A DNA stretch of 64,000 nucleotides from Dimorphilus gyrociliatus (Eukaryota; Animalia; Annelida). The translations under genes and the position numbers were made by a program. Position 1 is the first letter of the stretch; every line of letters starts with the position of its first letter. Shown here in pieces: positions 1 to 13,900 of the stretch. The notes beneath the pieces are model-generated. The model had not been told where the DNA came from, made no database searches, and saw only the letters and a program-made list of their open reading frames with translations. Location: the NCBI GenBank assembly GCA_904063045.1, contig CAJFCJ010000013.1, positions 1,532,156 through 1,596,155 of the forward strand, in the 5' to 3' direction.

Positions 1-1507
1 AAAGCTAACGGTTTTTGGAGAAGGATGCGCTTTATGAAAACGAAACATGTGGGCTTCGTAATCGCTCATCCAGATGACGAATGTATGTTTTTTGCTCCAA
101 CTATACTGGAACTAGTTAGAAGGAAATATAATGTTTATATTTACTGCTGCTCAACTGGTAAATATATTTTCTTTTTACTATTTGTATCTTTAAATATTAA
201 AGAAGATTTCCGTTGTTTAAAAATACCGGCTAGGAGCTATTCTTATATCATAAAATGTTTATATATATATATATATATAAAATAATGATAATGAAAGTAA
301 CAACAACGGAAACTGCAACATATGTAAATGCAATCTGTTGACTTGTTCGATAAAAACATTAAAGCTTTTCGATCTTATTTAGGTAATTATTATGGACAAG
401 GAGTCCGACGAGTTGCTGAATTAATGGCAAGTTGTTCCAAATTGGGAATTGATGGAAGTAAAGTGACAATCTCGGCAGATGAGTACGTCTCACTCTATGT
501 CAAATATATACATTATATACACACACGCTCTATTATTTATAACATTTTATATATAGCTTATTTTTCCTATTAAGCGCCCACCGCTTGTTCATTATGTTTG
601 TCATTTCTCTAGGGCTTTTCCTGATAACCCAAATGTGCAATGGGACATTGAAAAGCTCGCCTCTCGAATTAATGCATTTATCCGCGATAGGAAACTCGAA
701 ATGGTTTGTAACTTTTTCGAATTAAAAATAAGATAAAAAAAAAGAGTGAAAGATGTCAAATTATCACCATTTTACAGCTCATCTCATTTGATGAATATGG
801 AATTAGCGGACATCCTAATCACTGTGATATAAGCAAAGCCTTGCGGTTAGTTGCATAAGTTACCTTATTATACGTATATAAAATATACATACTATATACA
901 TCTTATTTATATATTTGTATGTTTCTTTCTTCTTCATTTTAGAACCCTAAAAGAAAATTATAGTACTGGTAAATAATATTTATCTCTCTTATCTTTTATC
1001 TTTCTTTTTTTTTTCTATCATTATTCTGCAGGGAGAATTCCAATTTACGTTTTAGTAACAACAAATATGTTTAGAAAATATTCGTCATGGATGGATTTAA
1101 TATGGAGCTTTGTATCCGAAATTTTGATAGTAACAAGACTTACAAACGTTCTTAAAACTCAGGTAAATAGACGCCTTTTTTTATTTTTTTTTCTAATATT
1201 TACATTTCATTTTCGCTATCTGTCTTCTTCCCAGTCTTATCCCTGTCTCTCTCTCTTTCTGTTGTGTTTTTTTTTCTTTAATTATTTAATTAATTTTGAA
1301 TACTCAATGCATAAATACAATTATACAAGAGCTAGTCAAATTACAAACAATCTTCATTAATTATTCAGTTGCTTAATTACGTTTTTTTCTCTTCTTTCCC
1401 TTTAGACGGCCATGTTTCAACATAAAACTCAGCTTACTTGGTTCCGAATATTATATATGATCTTTTCTAGATATGTTGTCATAAACACTCTTCGCCAATT
1501 AAAGTAG
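1..1507 (+). CDS. PIGL: N-acetylglucosaminyl-phosphatidylinositol de-N-acetylase (GPI biosynthesis), 5'-truncated by the window
   Basis: The frame is open from base 1. Motifs: [36 protein letters not shown] and C-terminal [26 protein letters not shown] exons <1-157, 383-482, 613-703, 778-845, 943-968, 1032-1162 and 1406-1507 all join in phase. Confidence 0.95.
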
Positions 1508-1838
1508 AGCATCCTCTCTTCTCTTTTTTGGTTAATTTCTCTGTCTCTTTTTATATACGTTTCAATGTATTTGAAATGAATAATTGTAAAGAAATACTAT
1601 ACTAATTTGTTTATTTATATATACAAATATATAAGTATATTATAAATGTATTGAATTTTTTATAAAAAGGAATACTATGTATTAGTAATAAATGGGCCTA
1701 CCTAAATAAGGCCGATATAGAAAAAAACCCATTTAAAATCGATGAACCGTGTCTATATTGTATATTTACAACCGCCTCGCCCCAAATCGTTGCGAAAAAG
1801 TAAAAATGACTCGAGTATTTTAGAAAATTATTTATAAT

Positions 1839-3959
1839 ATGGGAAATAATCAAACTACTTTACATATATCTGACTTTCAACCGGCGGAAGATGAGAATAA
1901 GACTTTTGTACCTCACGTTGAAGAACCAATTCCAAATGGGATTTCAAATGATAAACCTATAACGCCTATAATTAAACCTGCGAACTTGAATGGATCTTTA
2001 AAACCCCAAGCTCCTCCTAGAAAGGTTGCTCCTGGTAGGCGGAAAAAGTTGAGAAATAGAATTCCTTTACAACCCATTCAGGAGGAGGAAAATGAACCGG
2101 AACCAGAGCCACTTCCTCCTCGAGCTCCACCAAGGAAGAAAAAATTAGCAAAATTTGACCACTCCCCCCTTCCCTCTCCCAAAAGTAGTCATGAATCAAA
2201 ATTTTTAAGTGACATTGATAAATTAGCAAGAGAGCAAAGTATTCCAGAAGAGCCAGAAGACGATTGGGAAGAAATTGAACCAGGTAAACTTGACGATTAC
2301 AAACCTCGAATACAACAAGAGGAAGAGCCAAAACTTGACATAGAGACTGAGCAAGAAGCCGAGATAGAGTCTGAGAAAGAATCAGACAAAGAGACAGAAC
2401 CAGCGTCACCTCAAGCAAAACCATATAAGAGACAAAGAGAGCCAATAATAGAGAGACCACCATCTTCAATAGATGAAAATGAGTCACCAGAATTCGAAAA
2501 TTACGAAGTATTTGATCCGAAATCATTTAAATTGGAAGAATTACCGAAAGAGAAGACCGTTTGGGAAAAGCTCAAATCCGAATTAATAACTGCCGTTGCT
2601 AGTAGAGTAGAATTCGACGAAAGTCTTATTCCTAAAAAATCGAAGAAACCAGAAAAATTCAAAGAAGATATTATTAAAGCCGTAAAAGAAAGAGAAAATC
2701 GAAGAAAGAAGGGAGGTTTACATATGAGAAACGTTGGTCCACTTCCTGTTTGCACTACTGTTACGGAAGATGATGTTACAATTAAACCTCCGGCAAGAAG
2801 AAAAAAAAACAAGTTAAAAAAAAAGATAAAATCCATGAAAAATAATGTTGTAAAAGCCTTTGACTCCTTCTCGCGTTCCAAAAGACCTAAGAGTATTCAT
2901 ATTATGGAATTGAAGAATAACGAATTTGATTCTCCACCAACTTCCCCGGTAAGAGTTCATCATGTAGAGGAAATACCATTCTTTGCCTATGATGAAAAAG
3001 ATGAAGAGGTTATACGATTACCGAAATCTGAGAAAGTTTTTGTAACTGATGACGGAAGGACTATTCGCTCCAGCGAGGTTACTAAACTTAAGAGAAAATC
3101 TTCTGTGAAAGAAGACAAAAAGATAAAAGACGATTCTTTAAGTTCTGTGGAAAACGAAAGAAAAGAACTTATGTCAGCTGAACTTGAATTTAAGACTGTT
3201 AGAAGCTCAACGAGTGCGTCAGATTCGATAAAAGGTAGAGTACTACTGTCGTCGCCTGATAGAGACTCAAACGAATTAGGGGAATTTGAATTAGCTACTG
3301 AAAAGGATTTAGATAAATTTCATAATAGCGACGTTGACGATGATATGGCCTTATACGTAGTAGCTCCCGAGCATAATCCATGGAGCTCGTCTTCAAAGGA
3401 AAATTCTCCTCGCTCAGAAAAGAATGAGATGTCTAAGAGAAGTTCACCTCGTTCTGAGACATCATCTCCTTATCCTGCATCAAATATCTCTTCAAATAAC
3501 TATCAAATGCCCAATTTTTTTATGCCAACTGCTTTTTATCCCTACCCTGGACCTGGCAACTATTCTGCATGGACCCAACCCCCTTGGGTCTATCCTGAAC
3601 CTTCTCCTAGTGTTACAACCGCAACGTCACCTAGGGAATCAGTTCCAGCAGACGATATCGATCAACAAAATGCTGAGGACGAATTAACAAGGCGGCGACG
3701 CCTCCTTTTAGCACCAATTGGATATAGGCCTGTAAAATTTAACCCAACCGCCAGTTTAAAATCGGTAACATTACCGAATTTCGTCAGTCCAAAGCCCTAT
3801 TCAACACCATCCATTAACGAAAAACCCGAAGAACAAGAAGAAAAAGAAGAAAAAAAAGAAAAAGAAGAGAGAGAAGAGCAAGAAGAAGAAGAAAAAGAAG
3901 AAAAAAAAGAAAAAGAGGAAAAAGAGGAAGAAAATGAAAATATTTCTACTGCAAAATGA
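1839..3959 (+). CDS. Uncharacterised 706-aa low-complexity, probably disordered protein (single-exon ORF)
   Basis: A 2.1-kb uninterrupted ORF in ~70% AT DNA, rich in P/E/S/K. It starts MGNNQT and ends in an EEQEEKEEKKEKEE repeat. I recognise no domain. Confidence 0.8.
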   Translation: MGNNQTTLHISDFQPAEDENKTFVPHVEEPIPNGISNDKPITPIIKPANLNGSLKPQAPPRKVAPGRRKKLRNRIPLQPIQEEENEPEPEPLPPRAPPRKKKLAKFDHSPLPSPKSSHESKFLSDIDKLAREQSIPEEPEDDWEEIEPGKLDDYKPRIQQEEEPKLDIETEQEAEIESEKESDKETEPASPQAKPYKRQREPIIERPPSSIDENESPEFENYEVFDPKSFKLEELPKEKTVWEKLKSELITAVASRVEFDESLIPKKSKKPEKFKEDIIKAVKERENRRKKGGLHMRNVGPLPVCTTVTEDDVTIKPPARRKKNKLKKKIKSMKNNVVKAFDSFSRSKRPKSIHIMELKNNEFDSPPTSPVRVHHVEEIPFFAYDEKDEEVIRLPKSEKVFVTDDGRTIRSSEVTKLKRKSSVKEDKKIKDDSLSSVENERKELMSAELEFKTVRSSTSASDSIKGRVLLSSPDRDSNELGEFELATEKDLDKFHNSDVDDDMALYVVAPEHNPWSSSSKENSPRSEKNEMSKRSSPRSETSSPYPASNISSNNYQMPNFFMPTAFYPYPGPGNYSAWTQPPWVYPEPSPSVTTATSPRESVPADDIDQQNAEDELTRRRRLLLAPIGYRPVKFNPTASLKSVTLPNFVSPKPYSTPSINEKPEEQEEKEEKKEKEEREEQEEEEKEEKKEKEEKEEENENISTAK

Positions 3960-4410
3960 TATATATATATATATATGTATACATCTATTTAAACAATTAC
4001 AGTATAAACGTATATACAATACATAATCTATATGAATATTGTATATATAGAGTAGGATTAATTAAATTTAAATTATTTAAATACTAATTATAGAGTCGTA
4101 TTACAATTTAAATGTAAATTTAAGTGTAATATTACAAAAAATATTGAATTCTTAAAAATACACAAGTTACAGTATCAGTTCTTTTTTAAATTAATAAAAA
4201 ATTAGAGATTTTCTCAATCATGCAATGCAAAGCTAGGCTAAAAAGAAGTATAGAAAATATATGACGTAATTTATTTTAATTTATATCTTTTGGTTTTTTT
4301 TTTAAGGGGTTGGGAAATGAGAGAAGGAGAGGGGGGGAAGGGAAGGGAAGGGGAAGATAGAATAATGATTGGTACTATTGATTCTGGCAATCTTTAACTC
4401 TTTTGATTTA

Positions 4411-4413
<3 letters not shown>

Positions 4414-4444
<31 letters not shown>
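4414..4444. repeat. (AT)n microsatellite
   Basis: A pure AT dinucleotide run in the intergenic region. Confidence 0.95.
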
Positions 4445-4445
<1 letters not shown>

Positions 4446-4952
4446 CATTCACTGTACTTTTTTACTACAATGCTGTAATTTTATGCAAATTTCTCTCTCT
4501 CTCTCTCTCTATTAGTTATCATACTGTATCTTTTTACCTGAATAGGGTTGCAAAAGATTTCGTTTATTCTATCTAAAAATAGAATAATTCTCGTATTAGA
4601 CAAACATTAATAAGAAAGATAAAGAGAGAACAAAAAAATACTGGACAGAAGACATATAGGCGTAATATTTATTCTCATATCAATAGGGAATATCTTTAAT
4701 TAATTATGCGATAAACGTGACAGATGGCGCCAATATACATTTACTATTTAACCTTATGTCTCTCTTTACTTCTACCCCTTCCTACCTTCCTGCCCTTTCC
4801 CCCGTCCCTCTCTGTCTATTTATAGTATTTTTCCCTATTGATAGATGTAGTTGTTGTTTTCTCTTTGTTTTTCTGACAAGACAAATTTGCATTAATGAAT
4901 AGAACAACACCTAGAAAATAAATATAAATTTAAATGTTTGTCAGCGAATTCT

Positions 4953-7900
4953 TCAAGTTTTCTTTTCCGTTTCAATTGTAAAAGTAGCTTTTAGCTCTTG
5001 GGTAGTTTCGCTCATCTTCCGTTTTAAATATCTTAGAATGTGAATTTTCGATTTAACACTTTCTCGTTTAGCTTGTAAATGAGCATCGTTCAGTATAGAC
5101 ATAAGAAAATTTAGACAAATAACAATATTAACAAGTACAAAACTGGAATAGAATATATGCCTATAAGGGACCTTATATTTATCTAATTCTCTCATAATGG
5201 GAGAAGAGAGTGTTGCCAAACAAATTGTATAAATTGACGAAATCATAGTAGAGAACGATTCTATATATGTGACAAACATTAAATAAGCAAAGTGAGAGTG
5301 AGCTACTAGGCTTATGAAAAAAATCAAAGATATAGACACCAAGGATTTCGAAGATAATACAATGGTCCTGTACAAGAGAATAATTGTACGATTAAACTGT
5401 AATATGTATAGAATCTTTAAGCAGGAAATCGATGTCATAAAAGCCAGAATATAAGTAAATGACTCATTTACAATAGCCAAATGTTGCATATCTACGAAAT
5501 CATCTTTAAGGGAATCTTTAACTTTTCTTCTTAATACTAATTTGGTTATAAATAAGCCTAAACCGGCTAAACACAGAATATTGTTTGTAATGCCAGTTAT
5601 GTTCCATAAGTTTGTAAAATATTTCATCTTTGTCTTCTTAATCTTTAAAATATTCCCCCAAAAATCATATAGTATTAGTAAAACAAACAACACTTGACAA
5701 ACCAGTATGAAAACACCATAGTCAGAATTATACGGATAAAGGTCAATAATAGCAATATGATTCCATGCGTTTATTGAAAGATCCATACTCTGTTCAATTA
5801 CAATTGTTATATGAACAAATAGATTTGAATTTGGATTGAATAGTGTAGATTCTATAATAACAGCTCTAGTACGAGCGTCTAACCAGTCATTACTCGGTTG
5901 AATAGGCGTATTATGTTCAAAAATGTAACCTCCCGACGGATAACTATTTCTTTTCGCAACAGTTATTACGTCGTTACCCTCGATATATTTCATCGGATTA
6001 GGCATATATTTGGGCAATTTTTTATCTCTAATCGTTGTTTTATCTATGTTACCGCTGTCTAAATCGTATGAACAATTTTTAATAACATGCTCCAATTGTT
6101 TGCAAGGCTCTGTAGAAACTCTTAACTGACGCCATCTGATGGAGCCAACTCTGAACATATTCCCATTAAAACAACTGTAACGCTTCTCTCTCCAATGTAA
6201 AGGCGTTCCATTATAGTCTTCTGCATCAAACATGGACGGAAGGAACGATTTATTAGCCCATATATAGACGTCTTTTATCTTTGAAATACTATCAAGATTT
6301 TTAATAAATCCATTTCGAACAGTTTCGCCAATTCTAAAACTACTCAAAGGAACTTGTTTGTAACTTATAAAGAACAATAAAAATACATATATTAACGCCG
6401 TTATTATATTAAATATGGCATTTTCGGCCTTCTTATCCTGTTTTAGATTTATATAATTATCGATCATGTGCTCTAAAGACGGCTTTGGAACTCCACTACT
6501 TGTATTTCGTACTAAAATATGAAAAACAGACATTTCATCAAGTAAACAAACTCTGTTTGTAAAGAAAAAATTATTTTAACAAACAAACCTCTAAGATGTA
6601 GATATTCTGAACAAATTTCGGTGGCAACTCTCTCATTTTCAACATGCTGAAGGAATTCTTTATCGTCTATCTCTGAATCGGATTTTTTAAAGATGAAAGA
6701 TAAGATAAACGCCAAGGCAAAAACCTAAAATGTTAAATTCAATAAAGTTTTAATAAATAAGGAATTGTTTGTTTTGATTGGTTGTTGTCAAACCTTTAAC
6801 GGTTGTATTAGTAGAACGGATTGAGAAAAGCTAACTAGCATTGAGGTTAGCCACTCTTCCGATTTCTCCTTTCCCCATTCAAGTGAATATAATAGAACAA
6901 AGAAACAAGACGTCGATACCGATAAGAATATTAGCAGCCAAGCCACAAATATCAAGAAAGAAGGAAGTAACTTCTTTTCTTTAGAGTTAGGATTCCGGCT
7001 ACATTTCCTAAATATAGTTACAATAAGAAGGTTAACGGGAACAACAACCAGACCCGACATGGCCCCAATCCAGAGCTGTTGCAAAGAAAATTTTAAGGGC
7101 CCGAATTTAATAACGCTATCGGCACTCTCATCTTTTGTTGTTCTATAAAACATAGCTGAAGCTAGCATAGATGTTGTTATCAATGATAAGCAGCAGGAAG
7201 CCCTTTGTAACCGGTTGAAAACACTTCTTGTAGGTCTTGACAAAACACTGATCCATAGATGATCGTCTGTAAGTTTTCTTCTTAACCACATTGGCCATAG
7301 CCTAGAAGATTTTAGAATCTCCTTTCCCTCTATTGTTGATACGTATAAGCAGGGATTAGTCTCAGTCAACCAAGAACTAACGTAAAAATAGTGCTTATTC
7401 ATCGTTGAAATATCGACGACAATTATCTCTTCTAGAAGCAACGAATCATATTTATTATTATCATCTGGATTAATCCATATCTGTAAATTCGTTGGTTTAC
7501 CCAAACTCTGATTAGTGGTCATGTGATAATGATAGATGTTCGATGGTCTTAATTCTTGACGGTATCCATCATACAACGTTCTCACGTGAGAACTTCCCTC
7601 ATTACCCTGAATTCTGAATCTAATAACGGATTTCGTACCCGAGTTCTTCTTATACCCAATTCTTACAATAAGGGCGTAATGATGAGTATCGAATGCCGAA
7701 TTATCTAACAAACTCCTCATAGACCATTTAATTTCGTCGCTTTTATCGAGCTTTCTAAGAATAAATAAAGATATCCAAAATAGTACCAGAATAGAAATAA
7801 TAAACGCCAATACAACGATATTATCCCCAATCGTCTTAAATTTTCCAAATACCGAACTAAAATCAATAGGATTCGGAGCTACTATTATATTTGACCCAAA

Positions 7901-10900
7901 AAATGTCAGATGGTTACATTCGCATAGAACCTGACTATTATCTTCCTGATTATCCGACACCTATTAGCGTATAAGATTTTATTTACTCTTTCAATTAACT
8001 AATTAATACTATGTTAAATCACACAACGTACTCGGCATCCTTCATCTTTCCATTCTCTATCTGTAGTACTCCAGAACATACACGTCAGTTTTTCAATACT
8101 AATACCATATTCCATATAGGATATTTGATTTTCTTGGAAATAATAATAATATATAAGAAAAGTACATACAAAGTATATTTTTACAAAAGAATTTCTAAAT
8201 ATAGGCTCAATTAAGAAGGGAATACTTACTAGCTTTAACTCCAATATAGCAAGTACCATTTCCGACTACTGGAATGACCTGATTAAATCCGTTTTTGTTT
8301 GACGGCAGAAAATATAAGGAATCGTACTTTTCACTTGTAGGTTTTTCGTTCATTCTTACATAGATAATTAAGGGTTCTTTCCTCTGCTTTGGTACTAATT
8401 TCAAATTGATGGCTCTAGTTGGATAGGCATACGAAACGTTATGAGAAATAATATTAGTTTCCCTCTTATCTAAATCGTATGCCTTCATTCTATAAAAGAT
8501 ATCTCTCTTCTTCTTCATTTTATCCACTTTTAAAATTATATTTTCGGTTAGGTTCTTAACGTAAATTTGTCTTCTTGAAGAGTCAAAAAGTTTTATCCCC
8601 AATATTCCAGAATTTATCAATTTTCCATTATCAATTCCCCAGGAGATTGGATTTTCTTTTGAGCTTATAATCTAAAGAGAATATGTTTTTTTCTTTAAAA
8701 TATAAAACCGTTATGTAACTTTCTCCCTTTCTTACCTGTAAAGTGACATCTTTCTCCTTATAGCCTCTAAGTAGGTTGGAAGCTACCGATGGAAACACAA
8801 CTCTCGCATCCCCGTTCATATAGGTCGACATATATAACGATACTTTAGATATCTTCTTTATTTTCATATTCCAATTGTCGTTTCCAAGTTCGATTGTTTC
8901 TTCATTAGGCATTTGAAAGTTGGATAATACCGACGTTACTATATCCCCCGATTGAATTGTTGTAGTTAAAATAATTTCAGCCTATATAGAATTATTTAAA
9001 ATATGAATAAATTATAATAATTAATTATTTAAATTAAATTACAATTTTTCTTTCGTAATCGTATATTTTCCGTTGTTTTTGTTCAATTTCTTTCAAGAGT
9101 TTTTCTTTCTCCTTAGGCGGTAGGTCCGGTAGATTAGTACTCAACGGCACTGACAGATAACTCTTCTCTACGCACTTTGCTATTATTTTCGATATTTCTG
9201 ATGTGTTTTTTACAATAATACAGTAAATTATAGGACTATAAATGATATCTGCAAAAACCTTTGGCTGTAGTTAGAGCGTCTTCGAAAATATCATCATTAA
9301 TAGTTGATAGTTTTGTTGCCATTTTAAGTAACAAATCCGACGTTTCTCTCTAATAAAAGTAATAAAAAGGTAGAAAAAAAAATTTGTCATCAATTGATTT
9401 CGTTTACCGCTGAATCGGATGAAATTTCATTCGTTTCATATATTAATTGATTTAAAGTTGACGCTCCCTGCCTCAAAGCTGAACTAGTTTCCAACCATAT
9501 AGACGTATTCGAAAATGTTTCAATTAGATCTTTTCGAAGTTGTTTTCTATCGGTTATATTTAAATTATTATTCGGAGAACAAGGAGGTTTGTAGTTAAGG
9601 TGACCGGCGATAGCATTTTGTATTCGTAAGTTGGCTTGGAAATTCTTAGAAAGGGTAGAAAATTTTAATTCGCTACTACTCCCTTTAATAAGCGAATGTA
9701 TTTCCTGTAAACCAGCTGTAAATGGTTGTACGTGGGCTATTAAAAATACTTCTTTAAAAGCATCGTACGAATCTATTATTTTAACTTTTATCTCCGTATT
9801 AGGATTAACTGGTAAATGCATAGGTGGAGTTGAACTTTCTTCCGAAGTATGAAGTAAAATCCAATCTGAATTTTGCTTAAGAAAAGTTTGATAAACTAGT
9901 TTTCTATTTTGAAAGAAGTCATCGGCAGGACTTCTAGTTAATTGTAAACCTTCATCAGCCCAATTTGAGCACTCAACCTTCAATTTATGAATCAGAGATA
10001 TAACTGAAAATAATACGTTAAGGGTAGTTTTTATATAATTAGAGCAAAGAAATACTGTTACTTTGATTAGGCTCTACTTTACACATTCCATTATAAGGTG
10101 GATAATTGGTTATAAAGGCTTGCTCGATGAATCCATAACTTTGGGAATTGTGCATTGTTAATTTAAGTTTATATTTGTAACCTGAGTGAACAACTCCTCC
10201 TTTTAGAGAAAAATCCTTAGAGTTCTTATCTGATAAAATAAAAAAGACATTATATTTTTGTTTAATTGTTGCTCTATTTCTCTTTCTCTCTTCATTAATC
10301 TCTTACCGGTGACAAACTTGTCATCAATATTTATACGATGTGTACCGTTTTCAAACTCGCCGAATAATTCCCATTTATATTGCCAAACGCTGTTTACAGG
10401 ACAATTTAAGCATTCTGAAGCATAAGTTAGACGATTTGAAGGATTCATTTTTCTTTTACAATTAATAAGACATTTCAGAGTAATGGATGGAATGAATGCG
10501 GCATCCATCACTACCATTGATTGTTTAACAGAAGTTTTCCTTGATCCTTGTGTCACTTCTACTTGAATATCGATTGTTCCTTGTTGATCGGCTATTGTTT
10601 CTAAACATCCAAAATTACATACAGATCTCTTCTTTCTTCTACTGGAGGCTAGAGTTTGCTTTCCCAAAATAGTCCATCGTTTATCATTTTTACGCTTCCA
10701 TGTAAACATGAATTCATTAACGCTACTACCATCGGAATCGACAACCGAAGAAGAGGCATTTATATATAGGACGTCGTTCCATCTAACTGCACGACCACTT
10801 CCTCCAGATAGTTTTATGTCTAGGGGTGTTGGTAAAACTTTAATATATTTTCTAGCTGTATTCTCTACTCCTTCGAATTCAGTGATCTTTACATTAACCT

Positions 10901-13900
10901 CAAAAAAGATGATACCATAGGGAAGAACATTAGACGGTATATTCAACCAAGGTAAAGTGGTATTAATCTTAAATAATTCCACGCCATCCTTAAAGACTTT
11001 CCACTTAATATCTAAAGGATAGGCTTCTGTACAACGACTTTCTATGATTGTTTGTAAAGATAGTTTTTCCGATCTAAATACAACTAAGGCCTCGTCCAAA
11101 GTTTTACCAATACCACTAATGTCTACAAATGGTTTCTGACATTCTATAACTCTTACTGATAAACGTTTGGTTATTCTGGAAACGCTATTAAAGCCATAAA
11201 CGAAAATATTATATAAGCCAGCTTTTCTCCAAATATGATTATGAGTTAATTTATTCCTCTCGTAATTAAACTCCTTTAAAATAGCATTAGCGTCATTCTG
11301 TCTACAAGATTCTCTACCATATATGTATCTTGGACCCGAATCGTCAAAATCCCATATAAGACAGGGCTCTAATCCGAGATTTGAATAGCTAAATTGAAAT
11401 TGAAGTGGCGATCCGACTAAAGGCGTATTCATTAATTGAAGTTTTATCCCTTCAATCCTCTCTTCAATGCTAAACGCTAACCATTTACTAACAGAACAGA
11501 AATTATTCTGAAATTTAGCAGTGATATTGTATTTTCCTTGATTTTTGAATATTTTCTCAAAGATAGCTTGATTTTCTTCCATTTTAATGATATTTTCAAA
11601 ATTATTGTTTATATATATGGCTAAAGTTACGTTAGATCCTTCAGTGATGTTTAACGTGAACTGAATTAAACTTCCAGGTGTAAAATTTGCCGATTTCAAC
11701 AGGAATAGCGGATTCTTGATACATTCTCCAACTTGGATAATTACATTTCTAGTTATAGAGCTAATCTTATTACTAATAATCGCTTTAATATCATATTCTC
11801 TTTCGTATTTATACGAATGTTTAATTGTATAATTATTCGATATGTTTATATTAATATTATTAAATTCGTACAAACTACCATCTCCAGTTTGTAATTTAAT
11901 AGTTGCATCTTCTATAGATATTGATGAATTTTTCGTATAGAACTCAAAAGTAGCAGCTTCCCTAAACGAATTTAAATTATTTACGTCCATAAAAACTTCT
12001 TTAATTCTATCTTGAATGAAAATAGATTTCTCTACAGTCTTTTCTCCTAGTATATTCGTAACTTTAAGGGATAAATTAGTTTGTCCCAGATTATGGAATC
12101 TATAATTTAACCAATAATGTTTCTTATCGCTGTTGTCTCCTTTGTAAACGAATGTTTTAATATTTTTGATAAATTGAGATTTTAGTAGAGCTGTAAAATT
12201 TGATCCTTTTTCAATTATGACGCTTATATTAACAGTCTCTCCTTTTGGAAAATAATTCCCAATGAGTTTTATTGATATTGATTCAATTTCTCTAATTCTA
12301 ATTAATTCAATTGATTCGGATAGGAAGGATAAATGATTCCACGTAGTAAAATTATAAATATGTGAACCAACTTGCGACGGTGCCTGTATATCAATCTTAC
12401 TAGATTTATTACAATTTTCATTAATATTCCAAATAGAAATGTCTTTATACGTTAATCGACAAGACAGAGGATTTCCATCACTTATATTCCATCTTATTAT
12501 TGCTCTATCATCACTAAGAGAGCTATAAATAGTTTTAATAACTTCAATTTTCTTAATTAATTCTTCAACAAATAGGTTTTCGATAATTTTATCGATATCA
12601 GTAAATAAATTAAACGCTCGCAATCCTATCTTATAAACGCCAATTCTATTATAGGTAAAATTTATTGGAATTATATTATTTGTTGTAGCGTTTCTATAAG
12701 TGACGCTTTCTCTTTCGCCAAAATAATCGATTGATAATGATACATTAGAACCATCGGTTATTTGGCAAGATATTGTATAAGTTTGATTAAGAATTAGAGA
12801 TTTTGTCGGTAGAGAGAATGATAGAGAGGAAATTCCTTGTCCAACTTGAACAGTTTTAGACGTTGATGAATTACCAACTGGATTAGACGTTTGGATTGAT
12901 ATCTTATAATATCCATCTTCTTGATAAATATGGCTAATTTTGTAATTATATTCATCAATTTTCTCGACTGCGCTGGAGGCTTTTTCATCCCCGAATAACA
13001 CTATTATTTCCATATCTGAGGGAAATGCGTACAAGCTAGGAAAAGCCAGAAATATTTCGACAGGCATCCAATGATAAGAGACATTATCAGCCATTATATT
13101 AAAGTCAATAACGTCGTTAAACGTTTGGAAATATATAGATTTGCTGGCGTTACCTAAAGAATTCCAACAATTTATCGTTAACCTATAATACCCTGGCTGA
13201 GGTCCTTGGATCGAAAATTTCATTTCATAATCTTTACCATCCTCTATACGGAATGCAGTCGGAATTTTAAGAGTAGAATTCGTTAATATTTCAACATTAA
13301 TATTAATTCCGAATTTAAAGCTTAAAGTGCAATTTACGGTTTCATTCGTCTTAAATAGGGCTTTTGGTAATTGTAGATTGAGACCTTCAATCCTTTTTGT
13401 AACTGTTAAATTCTTTGAAAACGTTATAAGGTTGCTCACTTTATTGTCAATGAATAATTTAAATTCTGGACGGTATGACAGTAAATAACTACTGGCATTT
13501 ACTGAAAAATGAGTATCGTTCTCTTTTTCAACAAAAACTGGCATATTATCAATATAGGCTGTAGCGTTTATTGGATAACCTTGACTTATTTTCCAACGTA
13601 TTATTTTAGAATCTGTTAAATCGAAAATAAATGGTCCTATCGGTTGAAAATCTTGAATTTCTTTTTGAATTTCAACAGTTGTATTATACTTTGATGTAAC
13701 AATTCCAAAATTATTTGATACTACTAAAGTAATATTAAATATTCCTATTGGATTATTTTGAAAATAGTATTGAAAATATCCATTTACAAGACCATTATGG
13801 GATTTTATTTTCATTATTGAGCCTAAAAACACTCGAGATTTAACATTACTTCCATCTGTAATTCGTATACCGATATTTATCGTATCGGACGTTTTAGCTA

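Noticed and set aside
2017-4019. Antisense ORFs 2017-2526, 2501-2881, 3801-4019 and alternative-frame ORF 3424-3687
   Set aside because: They are shadows of the purine-rich 706-aa ORF, with poly-Phe and low-complexity translations.
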